A stretch of 62,342 nt of DNA, filler included, from Platydemus manokwari (lineage: Eukaryota), in the NCBI GenBank assembly GCA_037951405.1. It is 6 parts of 6 records of this genome, joined end to end, with 100 filler letters (N's around TTAATTAATTAA, not from the genome) between each part and the next. Parts side by side here need not be neighbours in the genome. Positions count along the whole stretch, not along the records: positions 21,580 to 31,679 come from JBBMOY011169656.1; positions 31,780 to 42,524 come from JBBMOY011108886.1; 4 more parts are not named here. One strand, 5' to 3'. The translations under genes and the position numbers were made by a program. The notes below the pieces were generated by a model. The model saw only the letters and a program-made list of their open reading frames with translations, did not search any database and was not told where the DNA came from. This document shows, piece after piece, positions 23,054 through 38,200 of this stretch. Numbering within the stretch: position 1 is the stretch's first letter; every line of letters begins with the position of its first letter.

Positions 23054-26000
23054 CGGTTACGGATGGGTGCCCTATCTTGACATATCTCTACACGAGCCTT
23101 TGTCATCAACCGATTTGGCAGTCTATTCGATTTTGGAACGCAGCTTTTTTCGAATCTCTTGGTCAAGAAAGGGCTAAAAAACCGGAGCCAACGACGTAAG
23201 TTGAAAGTTGTTCTGGAATTTTTCTTAGAGAAAACTAACATAAGTAATGGCATTTTGTGAAACGATTCTTTGTTTAAGAGCAGATTTTAATGATGTTTTC
23301 TTGTTTTTGTCGGATTCCGTGAATTGTTTTCAAATGTGACATCAATATTAACTGCATCCAATTATAAAAGTAATCAATACATCAACTTATCAATGGGAGA
23401 TTATTATTGGAACATATTTCGCACATCATATTATCGTTAAACATTTCGACAAATACATAAAAATTTATGTTTAACAGTGTAGATATTTTTTTATTGAGAT
23501 TTTCTTTTTCGAAGAGTTAACGAATAAATATTAAGATATAAAACCTTGAACGATCAAGCCACCAATCGATATTCAAATGCTTTCATAATCGTATATGAAT
23601 TATTAATGTTTCCACAACACATTGGATTAATGATATATTCTTCACAAGAAACTGAAAACCGAATGACAATCGCTATGTTTCGATATATATTGGATCCATT
23701 AAATAATTTACTAATCCCTGATTCCAAAAAGAAGGCTAACATTGTATTTCGATCGTGTCCTGTCCAGTACAACTTACACGTAACAAGACTCGACACACTT
23801 AACAAAATATCAACCAACACTTGGCTTCTTACTGGCAGATTTGCCAAGAATGGACGCTTTTATGATGTCATCGCACACAATATTAAATAGATTCATTTAA
23901 ACAAATTAATCTGGAACATTCTATTAATTTGTATTTTTTGATTTAACTAAATTACTAACGATTTTCTTTGATAATTTTTCATCGATTATTTATTCGAAAT
24001 CTTTATTATTTTCAAAAAGTTTATTTCTCTACATACTCGACAATATCTATCAAATTAGTTTTTCGTTGATAGTTTAGGAAAAAAAATACGACATTATTAA
24101 AGTATTTATTTGTGAAAATTGATATTGCTTGGTGATATCATTTCAGTCGATCAGGGACGGGAAATCCGTACCAGGAAATAACAATTAACATTCGAAAAGA
24201 ATGAAACATCGTACAAGAACATGCTTTGTTGGTGCCGAGAATGAAATATTGTCAATAGAAAATGAACTGCTGTTGTAGGATTTATTCGTTGACAAATCGA
24301 GACAATTAATATAATCTCTAGATTTTGTTGCTAACATTTCCTTTTATTTATCTATAAAATATTAATCAATGGTGGATTGTGGAAATGCGTTGTGAATTGT
24401 TTCAGTGAATTTGATGTACTTTAATAATTATTGATGCCTAAATAGCAATTTCAATATCTATTTATTTTTAGATAATATTTATTGATATATTGATTTGTGA
24501 TTATTGATTTTTTTGAAATAATATTTGAAATATTGATTTTATTTTTATTTATTGGATTTTAAATATTTTTCCATCATAGTGATGATCCGGAAAAGGCATT
24601 GATTCAAGATAAAGAATTCCAGATAAACGTCGCTTTCGGTCAGTTGAGGTAATCATTGTTTGATTGTGCTCTCGAATTGTTTATCGATTTTGTGAGAATT
24701 TTAAAATGAATCAGGTGAAAAAGATTTGTAATCGGAATTTATATTGAAACAAATATATTATCAGTCCTATTTGGTCAAATATATTTTTCTGTTTTGATTT
24801 TTCAATACTTTTTCAAGGAGTGCTTAGGAAAATATCACCCCGTAAAAATTTAACGAGAAATAATAAAATGATTAACAATATGAATGACCAGGAAACCATA
24901 TTCAACTCTGTAAAATCAATTGCACAGAAAGCTCTGCATTTTCAACTCCAAAATCGCACATTCATTGAGTTCGAAAACATCTCTTTCGTGGTTTTTAATT
25001 CCGAGAAAATTTATCTTTCCATAAAATATTGATTTTATTTATTAATTAAAAATATTTTTAATTTGTCTGCGAAATTATATAAAATCGATATTTTTCTTTC
25101 AGCACTTTCACATGGAACATGGTTGCTCTTGGACTGAGTAGAGAAATCGTTCTTGATTTTTTGAGGAAACAATCCACTGTTGCAAATCTACCAAAAGGTA
25201 TTATCGATTATGTTTGAGAAATATTTCATTATTTTTCAAAAATATTTTTGTCAAGGTTGACAATATCATCATCGTTCATGCCTTGCAATCGGCAATGAAA
25301 TTACTATAAGGATTTAAAATTTTGAGTGAAATTTATCACGGTATCTAGTAAATCATATATTCTTTTGGCTCATTAGTTACTGTTAGAATTGACTGAAGAT
25401 TTTATTGATTTAGTCTGTTCAGTTTTAAGTTTACGGCTTATTCATAAAAGTATATTAATAATAATCGATAAAAACTGTTACCGCCAATTATTTAAAATCT
25501 CCATATCATAGAATATGTGCATTACATTTGAATCGATATTTTTATCGAGAGGGTTTCGTCTGTAACATAAATACACTAAAATTCCTTGAAATCATCAAGA
25601 CATCAAGATTATTATTTTTTGTGCTATATTTTGAAAATTTCTGTAACATCTTCAATTCTCTCATTGTCCACAGTGCCATTCCAAGGGTGCATAGACTGTT
25701 AATTTACGGCGAACTTCCTGAATTTTATGATAATTTTATCTATCAGTGCAAGAAAAATTAACACGACATCAAATAAATAATTTGAAATAAATAATTTAAT
25801 TTTTCGGTATTAAAAATCGATCAAAAGAAGCTTTTAACGATTTCATTTGAACAAGAAACGGTAGCTAGGTGCAAAAACCATCAATTGGTTATTTATATCC
25901 ACTGTTCAGTTGTTGGTCCAGAAAAAGTAAATTTTCTTCTCTTTTCACAGTGGTTGGTGGTCATTTTCATTTACTCATTTTTCATTATTTCAAAATTAGC

Positions 26001-27985
26001 TAATGAAAAAATCAATATTTTCTGCTCTGTTTTTCATAGAAATTAATTATGTTTCTCTTGGAAACAGCATTTGCAATCAATAATGAGTCTGTGTCTTCCT
26101 TTGAATATTTATCATTAATGATATATACCCACATAGGAAGCGTTAATTTTAGTACAAAAATAACTTTAACTGTTTTATTTACTTAATCGATTTCAAACAC
26201 TGTTATTCGACTGGATAAATATCATCTTTTGATGAATGTTTTTACTTTTTATAAGCTCATTTATAATATTTTGAAAAATCCCGGGTAAATCCATAAAATT
26301 TCTTTGTTGAATTAAATTCGAGATTCTATGGAAACCAAGCAGTGTTAATAATATTGATTAATGTGTGTCTGCAATAATAATATCGATTCATTATTGGAAT
26401 GATCAATTTCAGAATAATTAATTAATCAGTATTTGCTGAAGATCTTCTTTTCCCTAATATATTGATAGTGTCGTGAGAACATCTTAGGTTCATATTGTTA
26501 CGAATAATCTTCGAGGAAAACACTAAGTTTAAAATGTCGAACAACTAATATTGAGTGAACAGGGTTTGTCTGTTGATCATCAAAATTTAGAAATTTTAGA
26601 TCGCTCCAATGTCTTTGTTATAAACTCACTCTTTATATTAAAAGGAATCATTATAAAATTTTAACCTCATAAATAATGGTACCAGTCACAACATTTATTT
26701 CAGTATTATTCCATTATTCCAGAAAGGTCAATAAAATCTGAAAATTTTCTGTAACTGGTGTGACAAATACCACAGAAAAGTGCAGAAAATGGCAAGTGTT
26801 AATGAATATGGTTTTGATATGGGTAATGATGCACTTTATCGTCCCTTGTCTCATGCCTAGCATCATGCATCAGTTTAATTACTCGATATTGCATTAACAA
26901 GATAAACTATGACAAATCCAAAATAAAAGAAGCACACTACTCTATCAGTTCCATGCCAACCGTTATTCATTATTATCTCTAATTCTAATACTCGCAATGT
27001 ACCAGTCTCCATTTTCTTTATGAGCCACACTGACTACAAAAGGTGATGATCTGATAATTATAGCACAAATAAATATGGTTCTTATTATTCGATCAATGAC
27101 CGAACATGGCTTAAATGTTTATATTGTTCTATCTATCACACGAATACAACGAGTTTAAAAATACACCAATCTACAATACGAAAACCAATCAAAATACAAA
27201 AACAGAAAGAGTTTCAATCTATTCAAAATCATTTTCAAAGATAACCCGATATCGATAAATGTGATGTATACGACGGTTGTCACAAATATTTATATGGGTT
27301 CTTAACGATGCTGCACTTACTGAGTTCAAGCTTTAAACTTGCATATTAATGTGAATTAGGTATCTTGAAATGGAGGGCTTTAAACGAAACGCAATGGCTT
27401 ATCGAGTAATTATTTTTAATAGCATAGCTTCTTAAACACTTCACTGGTGCTTTCAAATCGGACAAAGCCATTGTGTTTTTGCGCCTATTTATATTGATTT
27501 TTTACCGAGGTTTATTTTTTATCAATGCCTCTTCATTATCTGAATTATTGGAGTCATTCTCTATTATTTTCATGAGCTATTAATAATTGCCAGGTTAAAA
27601 TATATGGGTATTAACTCGGGAATTGTACAGATGTTATCCATTATCGATTGAATCTATGGGTTATTAATGATGATGGAATTTTCGTTGCTACGACGGAGAT
27701 TTTTATCAAGAGATTTTTACAATAATAAAACCAAAAAATCAAAAAATATAAAAGCATATCAGTATTATGACTCCATAAAAATATTACAGTTTATTTAGTT
27801 ATTATTTTCCTTTTCTTACTAAAATAAAGGATATTTCAACGCTTGATTAAAATTTTTAACACAAAAATAAATATTTTACTCTGAAACCCAAACATTTTAT
27901 AACATTTCATAATATTGATTGATTTATTGTTCTAATAGAGAAATGCAGACTTATTCGAGCAAACGTCCAGAAGTGGACCTCCTAA
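23054..27985 (+). CDS. KIAA0513: KIAA0513-like (SBF1/SBF2-domain) protein, last four coding exons: 23054-23195, 24580-24648, 25103-25197, 27939-27985; 5' exons not found
   Basis: Phase-compatible GT-AG exons give ...[108 protein letters not shown]. This matches the KIAA0513 motifs [23 protein letters not shown] and FGQLGTYTHNM...DFLKKQ. Confidence 0.88.
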
Positions 27986-29229
27986 TGACTTGACAACTAA
28001 TCCAACTACAACACTAACCTATATTAACATTGGATATACTTATTCAAAGTTTTACTCCTGGTGTCTGTTTATTGAATGAGAATGAGATTCGATATTTATT
28101 CATTTTATAGCAATTAAATCATTGGCTAGTAGAAGTGATGACAAGTTCTGGTATCGTTAATAAGCAGAAATCAGTTAGAATGACTGCATTTCATTTGAAA
28201 GGCTTCAACAATTTGCAAACAAATATTTTAAATTTTTCAATAATTTAGTGTATTCATCTTTTATCTCTGAAGAAAGGTATTTCAATTATTTTATTTATTT
28301 GCTATGTTATTGGTGGAATATTGGTGGGTTTGTTTTGAATTGTCAAAGTCATGTTGTGATGTATTTTATTTTGTGTTGTAATTACCTTAGATTTAATTTC
28401 AATACAATACGTAGACTTCTTTATTTTGTGATTTTTCGATAAATTTCTCTTTGTCTGAAAGTTTGGATGTCCTTGTTTTCTATTCGTCATACTTACTGAT
28501 TAGGCCTTCAAAATAAAACCCCCTCTTTGTCCAACATATTCCATGAAAATTTTATTTAATTAATCCAAATTTATACCGAAGCTTTATTAAATTCATTCAC
28601 ATTTGTTTCCGATTGTTTCGTTTTAATCCTTCCGAAAGACACAGTTGGAAGAAGCATTTTTCAAGGAACACGAACAACAAATTTTGTAATTTATCTGAAG
28701 CCTTGACTGTTTGGATATCCATGTAGTTATAGAAGCACTCGAATCCTGTTCCATTGGGTTTATTTTTAGACATCTTGAATGTGCTAAAATCGAATTTCAT
28801 TGAATACATTCTTATTGTCGGTGTTAATAAAATTATTATTTATATCATTTTCCAGATAATCATATTTTTTAACAAGGAACCATATTTATTATCACAATAT
28901 AAACAGTAATGCTGAAAAAAGCTGTATTATATCGGTGGAAATAATTTTAGGATTCCTTTTCAAATTGCCGTCTTCACTATTTAAAAAATCTCAACAATAA
29001 CACAAATAATATTGCTTATTATAATCTGCAAAAACGAGTTCATCTTGTAATAAAATTCTTCATCATAATTTATGTCTCGATACATTCTTGATGTAATATT
29101 TCACAGAAATGCGTTGATGTTAATTTACGATATTCTTGTGTTAACTTTGAATTTAGGTTTGAAAATATTAGAATTCATACATTGATAATTGCCTTCATTC
29201 TAAGATACTAACTTAAGTTATTTTTATAA

Positions 29230-29655
29230 CAGTGGTTTTCAGTCTGGTTGCGTGGAAGCCAGAGGCTCACAATGGTAGACTAAGGAGACTGAGAGCCACT
29301 TGTGCTCAGCTGGTTTCCAATTTAACAAAAGAACAAACAAGTACTGCGTTTTCTATAGATTTTCTAATCTATTACATCTTTTATCTTTTTCTTTAAATAA
29401 ACAATATCGGGCCTGACATAAAACTCGCAATACCGCTTTTCCAGAGTGTTCTTTTTACTTAAACATTCTTAAATTTCTTACGGTTAAATGCACCAGTACT
29501 ACCAATTAGCTAAAGTTAAGAATTTTAATATTTTTCGAAATAAAAAAGAGTATTATTCACATTTGATTTTAGGAATAAGAAGATGGCATATAGTTCCTCT
29601 ACGAATTGGTTAATTGTAAAATGTTCCGTAACCACAAAAATGTTGGTAAACACTG
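29230..29655. mobile_element. Non-autonomous hAT (Charlie/Buster-like) MITE
   Basis: Imperfect TIRs CAGTGGTTTTCAG... and ...GTTGGTAAACACTG. Flanks have a central TA (ttttataa / ctctatgt), but the TSD is degenerate. Confidence 0.55.
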
Positions 29656-31679
29656 CTCTATGTATTCCAAATATTTCTTCACTGATTTTAGTATATCGTT
29701 CTTATACGGTTTAGTATTTTTAGGCTTATGTTGTGTCTTATATTCAAACTGTTATGTTTTATAATAAATTGCAGAGTCAGCTCAAAAGTTAAATTTAATT
29801 TCAATCTGACTCCATGGATTGATAACAAATTATGATAAGTATTAATAATTGTAAATGAATATTAATAGATAATTCAATAATGTAATAAAATATAATTGAT
29901 TATTAAAAATATTGAACCATCACATAATAAGTAAAATTACATTTCAAATTACAAGGACAATCAAATGATAGAAAAAGACAAATAAATAATAAACAAATAA
30001 CTACGATTGGCTTTCATTATTGATCTAATTTTACTTACGTGGATTCTAGTTTGACTAAGATAAAATAAATTTTATAGGGTGTAAAGTATCTTCATGAAAA
30101 TATCCACGAAACCATTAAATTCTCTTTATGCTTTTATGATAACTTGATATAAAGCTTTCGTAGACGTGAACTGTCTCTCAGTTAATGAATGTTTGGTTTA
30201 TTCAACTTTCCGAACCTTTAATTGGATTGAATCAAAATTAAAGAATTAATCCAATTAAGATGAATTCAATTTGTTGATAAATTTGCGATAATAATTTTCA
30301 ATCGGTTGAAAAACCAGGTTAAAGAATTGGGTAATGAAATTTAAATGATTAATTGCAGAATATCGCAACTGAAACAGTTTCAAAACTTTCATCTTTTCTG
30401 GTTTTCTATTGGAATTGCTTGTGATAAATTTTCTGAATAATATAGCGTTCAAATTAATGTGCATAATATAATTAACGTAATATAATATAAGTAATTGTAG
30501 CTTTTTCTGTTGATTTGTATTTTATTTTTTCTTACTTGGTACTTTAAACACTATTTTTAGGTTTGATAATTATTATTTTCTATTTTGAATCTCATTATTT
30601 ATTTATTATATTTCAAGATTTTATTCAATATATTTTTTAGATTTTTACATCAATTTTGGTTTCTGACTATTTTATGGTTTTTCTGCATTTAACAGGCTTA
30701 TTTATGATCTATTTGACCTTTATATGCACTGAGTCTTGTACACTGCTGATCGCAACAAGGTAGCTTTTTTTTATTTTTAACATCCCCTTCATTGGCATTC
30801 AATTAATCGATAATTAAATGTTATTCTAAAATTTTCCTTGAGAATGCAATTTCATAAAAAGATATTGATTGAAGTTTGAATACTAACATTGACATACTGA
30901 TGAGAGGAAATAAATTGCCAATATTTAGAACTAATCCTCTTACATGAGCACTATCATAGCATCAAATGGTATGAAACAAAAATTACTAATTGTTGAAATG
31001 CAAATAGTTGTAAATAGAATGAGTAAGGTAAGCTTGTATAGGTGCCACTTTTTGTGCCATTTATGATGATTTGGTGATTGCTTTTCCAATATTGATGTTT
31101 GTCTATATTATATGTGATTGGTTGATTTTTTAGGTATTGTTTATTTAATATTTATTATTTATTTATTCCTTTTTGCCTTGGAAACGTTAAGGTTGCCCTG
31201 GTATCCCGCTAGTTGCTATGGTATTTTAAATTATCTATTTTTTGAATTTATATAAATATTTATGTTTATTTAAATTTATCTTATCGAATTTCAGATTATT
31301 CTTGTCCCATTATTTTTTACTTAATTGATAAAAAATTATTAAAAACATGTATTTCATTATAAATGCTGAATTTTAAATATATTTGAGTTCAATTGTGAAA
31401 GTTTCTGTCAATTTATTTCCCTTCATTGAAAATACTTCTTTAATTTAATCTTCTTATAGTACTAATTTCCTCTTAAGTCAATTAAATTTTCGAAATATTT
31501 TGATTTGCTGTCCTTTAGTCATGTAATCTATTACTACTAATTTCATGAAAAATTAAATATATAATTCTTGATTAGAATTTTGTATTTTAGTCAACATATA
31601 ATTAATTTTAATTTTAATTTTCGGTGATTTGTTTTTATAATTCTTTCTTTTTAATATTTTATATGTTTTGTTTGCTGAC

Positions 31680-31779
31680 NNNNNNNNNNNNNNNNNNNNN
31701 NNNNNNNNNNNNNNNNNNNNNNNTTAATTAATTAANNNNNNNNNNNNNNNNNNNNNNNNNNNNNNNNNNNNNNNNNNNN
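31680..31779. other. Artificial assembly linker
   Basis: Same 100-bp spacer. Confidence 0.97.
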
Positions 31780-31879
31780 AGTAAGAATAAACTAAATGTA
31801 TTGAGTTACTTTAATGCACAACAAAACACAATAACAGTAAGAACAGATAATAAGCAATTTTATAGCATCTTGCTCCAAA

Positions 31880-32090
31880 AATAAATTGCATCATTTCCTG
31901 AAGCTGGAATAACATTTACGGACGATTTCTTGATTGATGTTTATTAATTCAAATGAACTTGCTTTGAGCGTTTAGCGTTGTATAATTGTTATGAATTGCA
32001 TAAACTCGATCTTTGATATAGCTTCATTGCCAAAGGTTCAATTTAATGAGGTCTAGAGATGTTGGTGGCCATTCCTTTGCTTCTGCCACA
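31880..32090 (-). mobile_element. Tc1/mariner-superfamily transposase C-terminal relic
   Basis: Minus strand reads WPPTSLDL...YIKDRVYA, a decayed form of WPPRSPDLNPLD..LWGYLKDRVY. Confidence 0.65.
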
Positions 32091-34403
32091 TTGTAATAAT
32101 GCAACTGATTAATAAAAAATAAGAAATAAAGTACATTAATCAGTGAATAATAATTAATATCAATCAATATAAATATGTGAGTATAAATTATATTGTGTTT
32201 TGTTGTTTTGTTTTAGTTTTAGTGATGTAGGTATATATGTATATAAATCATCATATATTCAAATTGAATTATTTTACTTAAAACCAAAAGATATTTCATT
32301 TTTTTATTTTAAAGCAATGACAGATACGGTGGCCCAAAATCAGCGATCCATCATATGGATGAGTGGAGCTTGCGCACTCCTCCTATGATTTTTATATCAA
32401 TTTTGTTGAAATATTTCATTTCAACATTTTATACTTTCACAAATACTTGATTTTTGAATTTCGGTTTTGAAAATGCTGAATTTTTAGTTCGAAAAAGAAA
32501 ATAAAAATGACTAACTGTTGTGCAAGAGAGAAATCTCTCAATTTGTTTTTGGTCATATTTATTTTTCCTATAATGCACTCAATTATTTTTGTCTAAATAT
32601 TCAACCATTTGTCTTTCGATTAGTTTTCGATGGAATTCCTATTTCGATGGAATAACAACTATTTGCATGGAGCTTCAAAATGCACTCATAATTTATTGGG
32701 GATTTTAAGACAACTAAATCTGAATATAATCCTATTGCTAGAGTTAATATAATGAATTTCTTGAGCTTTAAACAACTCTAAACAATAGATTTCAGTATAT
32801 TATCTGATTCTAATAAGATTAATATGTATGTCAGCGAGAATTTACATTTTAACTGATTATATGGCTTATTTCTGTTTCCCCAATTTCGATTTGCCTGTTT
32901 GAAGGCATTATTTATTGTTGAGCAGAGCAGAGCAGTTTGAATAGATTATCGTGCTTATGAAATAGATTAAAAACATTTCTATTTGAAATTACATTTTTAC
33001 AATTTACTTGTGGTATATTTTTAATAGATCTCATTTATATTTTGTAATTTGAAATTAATTATTCTTATTGATTATAATTTAATAATTGATTTCTTTTTAA
33101 CTAATATATGGGATAATTATAAAATTGTTGGTTTTAAATATAAGAACATTTTATTTTTTTTTAAATATTAGTGTAGGCATTCATTCAGAACCACACAATA
33201 ATATAAAGAATACCGTATTTTCCGGGTTATAAGCTGAACCCTAACTATGAGTTGACTGATTAATATATTCAATTAAATTTAAAATGAATAGCAAGATTTA
33301 ATGCTCTTCATCATTTAAAATGTCACATTTGCTTATATTAATGTCATCACCAGATTTTTTAAATATTCCAGTCTTAATAAATCCTAAAAATCTATTTTAA
33401 GGTGAATTATGCACAATTTGATCAGGTGACCATCATTTGGTTAATCCCATTAGATTACTGTGTGTGAAAAGATAAAAATCGCAAAAAAATCATAAAGTTA
33501 AATTATAATCAAACTTATAACAGTAATACATAATTTATATGCAAGATAAATTTATTCTTTTGTGGTTTATGGTATCGGCAAGACATCGCATAAAAGCTAC
33601 AATATCTACAAATACATTTAAAAAAACTGTTATTGACAACATTAATTAAAATTTATTTATTAAAAGGCAACAACTTTGTTTAAAAATACTCAATATGATA
33701 TTTTAGATATTAAATATAAATATATAATCCATTGAAATTATAAGTTCTGAAATCAAGTTTCTTGAAAATGAATAAGTTTCACGACATTTAGGGGATATTT
33801 TCATTCAAACAATGATTTTTCGTTCTGTGTTTATTAAAATAGCACAATTACAATGGGGTTACATTATTTAAAAATTGTGTGGAAAAATTTGTATTTATTA
33901 TTAAAGAAAAATAAATATTGTTCCAAAATATTATCTATTATCATCCTTTCAATTTAATGATCTTGTATTTTGAAAACAACATGCTTTGAATCGCTAATGA
34001 TATCCTTATTGACTTGTTACAATATTTCCCCAACATAATCATTCCGATTTGAACTTATAAAGTATATCATTAAGAATCTTTCATTCCAGCTTTGAAAGAG
34101 TAATTTTAATTTCATATATTTAAAAGCTTTGAGAAATGATATCCTTTCAATTATCTATCCGTAATAGTACAATCCAGTTTTTCTTTTTCTCATTTAATAA
34201 CAATTAATTGTTTTTACCAGTTCGTACCAAATTAATACTTGTTTCGAGATTAAATTATGATTCTCATGTTATACGCTTGATTGAGTTGTAAATTATTAGT
34301 AAGATTTGATAATAAGATTTTGGAAATTGTTTAGATTCCAGATAATAAACATGTTAATAGATTATTTCATTACGATTAAATTTTCAATAAATTTATTCAA
34401 ATT

Positions 34404-35297
34404 TTGGGTTGGTGCATAAATTCGTGCGATTTTATTTGTTTCGAAGAAAACACACCAAATTCTTGTTTTAACTGATTTCAGTTATATTCATTCAACTGAA
34501 TTATCTATTTAAATCATTTTAGATTAACTTTCACTTTCATTACCCTCATTAAAATGGAGTGTCAGGTAGATAAAAATCAACATCTACGTAATCTTCTCCT
34601 TTTCTATCAACATTTAAACGATCCAGAAGACACCAGAATGATTTGTTGCTTTTCTGTAGAAAAGGCAGTCAGTAAACGAACAGCACAAAAGTGGTTTTAG
34701 AAATTTAACAGTGGGAATTTTTTTATTTAAACGATGCACTTCGGTCAACTCGACCTAGTCACTTTGATGAATACTGTTTGAACCACCTGATTCATGATGA
34801 TCCGCATCAATCGACACGAGCGCTTGGACTGGATTGTGATCACACCACTATATCTCGACATCTCTAGAAAATGGGAAAAGTTCAAAAGTTTGGATCATGG
34901 ATATCTCGCATACTCAAAGAAAGTCACACAGATCAGCGTGTTTTGATTTCTGCATCGGCAATATCAATCTTTCCTTTCCAGGATCGTAACAGGGGATGAG
35001 AAATTGTGTTTGTATGTAAATTTGAAACACAAAAAACACTCAAAAGCAACCACAACCATGTGCGGTTCGATCAAAAATCACCAAGCTTCTTCATACGTGG
35101 GATTGACAAACTGTCAGACGATAGAAGGAAGTGATCGATTGTGGCGGAGAATATCCCACCAATTGAGACTGATTTTTTTTTCTAATGATTTCATAAATTC
35201 ATTTTGTTATCTGGAATTTTTTGCATGATTTTCATTCTTGATCAGTATGCATTTTTCAGAATTGTAAAAAACCGTACGAACTTATGCACTAACTCAA
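34404..35297 (+). mobile_element. Internally deleted, decayed mariner transposon
   Basis: TIRs TTGGGTTGGTGCATAAATTCGTGCG and CGTACGAACTTATGCACTAACTCAA, followed by TA. Transposase relics: MECQVDKNQHLRNLLLF (from 34554), RTAQKWF, GSWISR (decayed WVPHEL) and RIVTGDEKLCLYVN (~34980-35020). At ~0.9 kb it is shorter than a full ~1.3 kb mariner. Confidence 0.9.
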
Positions 35298-38200
35298 TAT
35301 GTTGTTTTAAATATTAATTTTCGAAAAGTTGTATTGAGATTGTGATTTTATTTAATGAAATCTTCATAAAGAGCTTTAATATCTTTTATAGAGATTGTTT
35401 TATTATAGAACTAAATATGAGGTAATATATTTTATAATTAAATCTTTGAAAAAACAAATCAGCAAACCTATAGTAGAGAAGTATTGTAAAATTATTTAAT
35501 ATTATTACACTAACTCAAATCTAGGTGAAGATTAAGAAAACTCTAACTCATAAATAGTTTTGAGTAGGTAATACAGTTTGTTAAGCTTTCTAATGTATTA
35601 ACGAGTGTAACAAAACTGAAAATATTTCTCTTGTTTGTATTATCTAATGGAATTATTATGATGAACTTGTAGAGAATGAGTGTATACAGTGAGTACAGTA
35701 CAAAGATAAAAGTACAGAATGAAAGTTTGAAGAAGTTTCATTTTGAGGAATTTTTTTTATTAATTTCTTAATCCATCGAAAATGAGAGCATATTCTTACC
35801 AGTTGATTATATCGAATCTGAACATTAGTTGAATTAGGTCTTTGGAGGTTATTTTGTGAATGAAAATAATATTATAATGATCAAACATTTATGTATAAAA
35901 ACTTTATTTTCATGTATAAGATGGAATATTAGACAAAAGGTTTCACCATTTTTGCGTTATTATTATTACATGCATTGAATTTGATGATAGAAGTTACGTT
36001 CATTGGTTAAAGAATTAGTTTCAGAAATTATACCTTTGTTAAAAAAAATAAATAATGAGACTTTTAAGGCATAAAATAACTTTGCGTAAATAAACTTTTG
36101 ACTTTTTACGCACATTAGTCTGTATTTCGGTTATATTTGTCATATTGATGGAAATTTGTAACGTATTTATAGCTTTTCAAATTATGAGTATACAAATGAA
36201 ACTTGACGTTGTGTTGGTTTTTATAATCATGTGTGCGATGCTTTGAAGATTTTTGGATTGCGTTTCGATGGTTAAGATTACACTGATATAAAGGATACAT
36301 ATGAGACAATTTTCATAAAATTTTCTTTTTAACATTGATACTTGTCAAATATTGGAAATAAAATCATGAAATTCATGTGTGTTGGACCATTATCGGGTTT
36401 TATAGTATTATTGCTGATAGATAAATGATAGATAATTTTTCATCGATTTCGTTGAGTAGAATAGGTGCTTATCATGGATCATCAGAAAATTTGTCAAAAA
36501 TATTTCAATTGAAGAATAGATATTTATTTTAATTTTTAAATCAATTTTTGGAATTTTTGATAACAACTGGTTTATCATAATATCGTATAATCAAAATATG
36601 AAGTTTTTATGTTTTTATTCTTTACTCAAATGATTGTATTTCTCACATAATTTTGACTAAAAGTTTGTCCCTATTGTGTATTACTGTAATCTTCAACAGA
36701 GAATTATGATTTTACTGAATCGTAAATAATACGTAATAAGTATGGTTTTTCAATGAAATATTTTTCTATACAATATTGTTTTCAAAAGGATGAACTGTTT
36801 TTTCGATCGAGTTGTCTGTAGTTTTAATATGTTTAGCATTATATCTAACTAGATTCGTTACATTTTTTTTCAGTGAATTTTAAAATTATTATTTCCCAGT
36901 ATTTGTTTAAATCCCGAATTCATTTATTATCAACACTAATGTCATATGTATTTGAGGTATGTCCTTTTTAATTTATTATTTAACGATTCTGGAGACAAGA
37001 ATTCATCTGATCTTGAAGTTTTATGCGATCAACCCTTAAAATATCTTTGCTTATGATTATCAGCTAGTCGCCTCACCTGGCCTAGTAATTTATAAAATTA
37101 AATATATAAAATTACCTGGCTTCCTATTGATTTTGTTAATTATGATGTTTATATTTGAATAAATATCGAAGATTTGATTGAATTTGTCATTCACCTGGTT
37201 TGGTGAAAATACAAGAATAGTATTATATTAATTATTAAATTTGATATTACACTTTATCTGATCATTGTGAATTTTGTTTTGAGGTTATGATTTTAAGCTT
37301 ATAAAATTTCATTGGTGTCATATTTTGAATTTTTTTGTGGATTCTCAATGAAGTTAGACCATGACTACCAGAAATATCATATGAAGAAAATATCATTTTA
37401 AATATCCATACATTGGTTACCATTTGGATGTGATAATTATATATTTTGTAACATGACAACTGAAATGTTTTATTCTTTTTATATGACATTTATATGTTTC
37501 GATTTTAATGTCCAATGATATTCAATTTATCTTGAGTAAGTTCTGAAATTTAATTTTTCAATCTTCTTATATTAACGAAAATTAAAAATATATATCAATA
37601 TGAGATTGATTCTGTAATGGTTTCGAGTTATTATCATCCATATTTTGACTAATCTATTTATGATAATTGATTAGCGTATCGATTGATTTCACTTTTTGAC
37701 ATTTTTAGACGGTTGTCAGATTTCCTAGAACGAACTATCTCATCCCAGCGAATCGCGCTTATCTCAACTGTGTGATTTACAATTTAAAAAATATATATTG
37801 CAATTAATAAAAGTGACCTTTACGTATTATTTATTGAAAATTCAATAGATATGATTTACGATTTGATTTTGTTTTAATTGTTACCTTAATTAATCATTAT
37901 TGTTCATTATGTGATCATGCTGGCATGAAAAGATTAGAATGTTTTTATTAGATTATTTTTTTTCAATTCAATATTTATTTTTCTAATGTTTGTCTTATTT
38001 GATTTTCGTTGTTGAATTTTTTTTTATTTTCAATGTAGCGGAAAATAGTTGATTCGTGCGTTTCTTTGAAACATTTGATGTGATTTTTAAATTTGTGACG
38101 GAATATCAGTCTGAAATAAGTATTTGTAAATATTCGGGATTTTTATCTTTGTAACGAAAAGAGGATTTTACTTGTTTTCGATATTCATTTAACCATTAAA

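Noticed and set aside
23546-23890. Overlapping ORFs on both strands (114 and 97 aa) in a KIAA0513 intron
   Set aside because: No recognisable motif and non-ATG starts; cannot support a gene.
30696-30759. Possible isolated plus-strand exon (LFMIYLTFICTESCTLLIAT)
   Set aside because: Good splice signals, but no partner exons or recognisable protein.
33211-33590. Tc2/pogo-like TIR start TACCGTATTTTCCGG
   Set aside because: The right-hand TIR is too degenerate to define an element.
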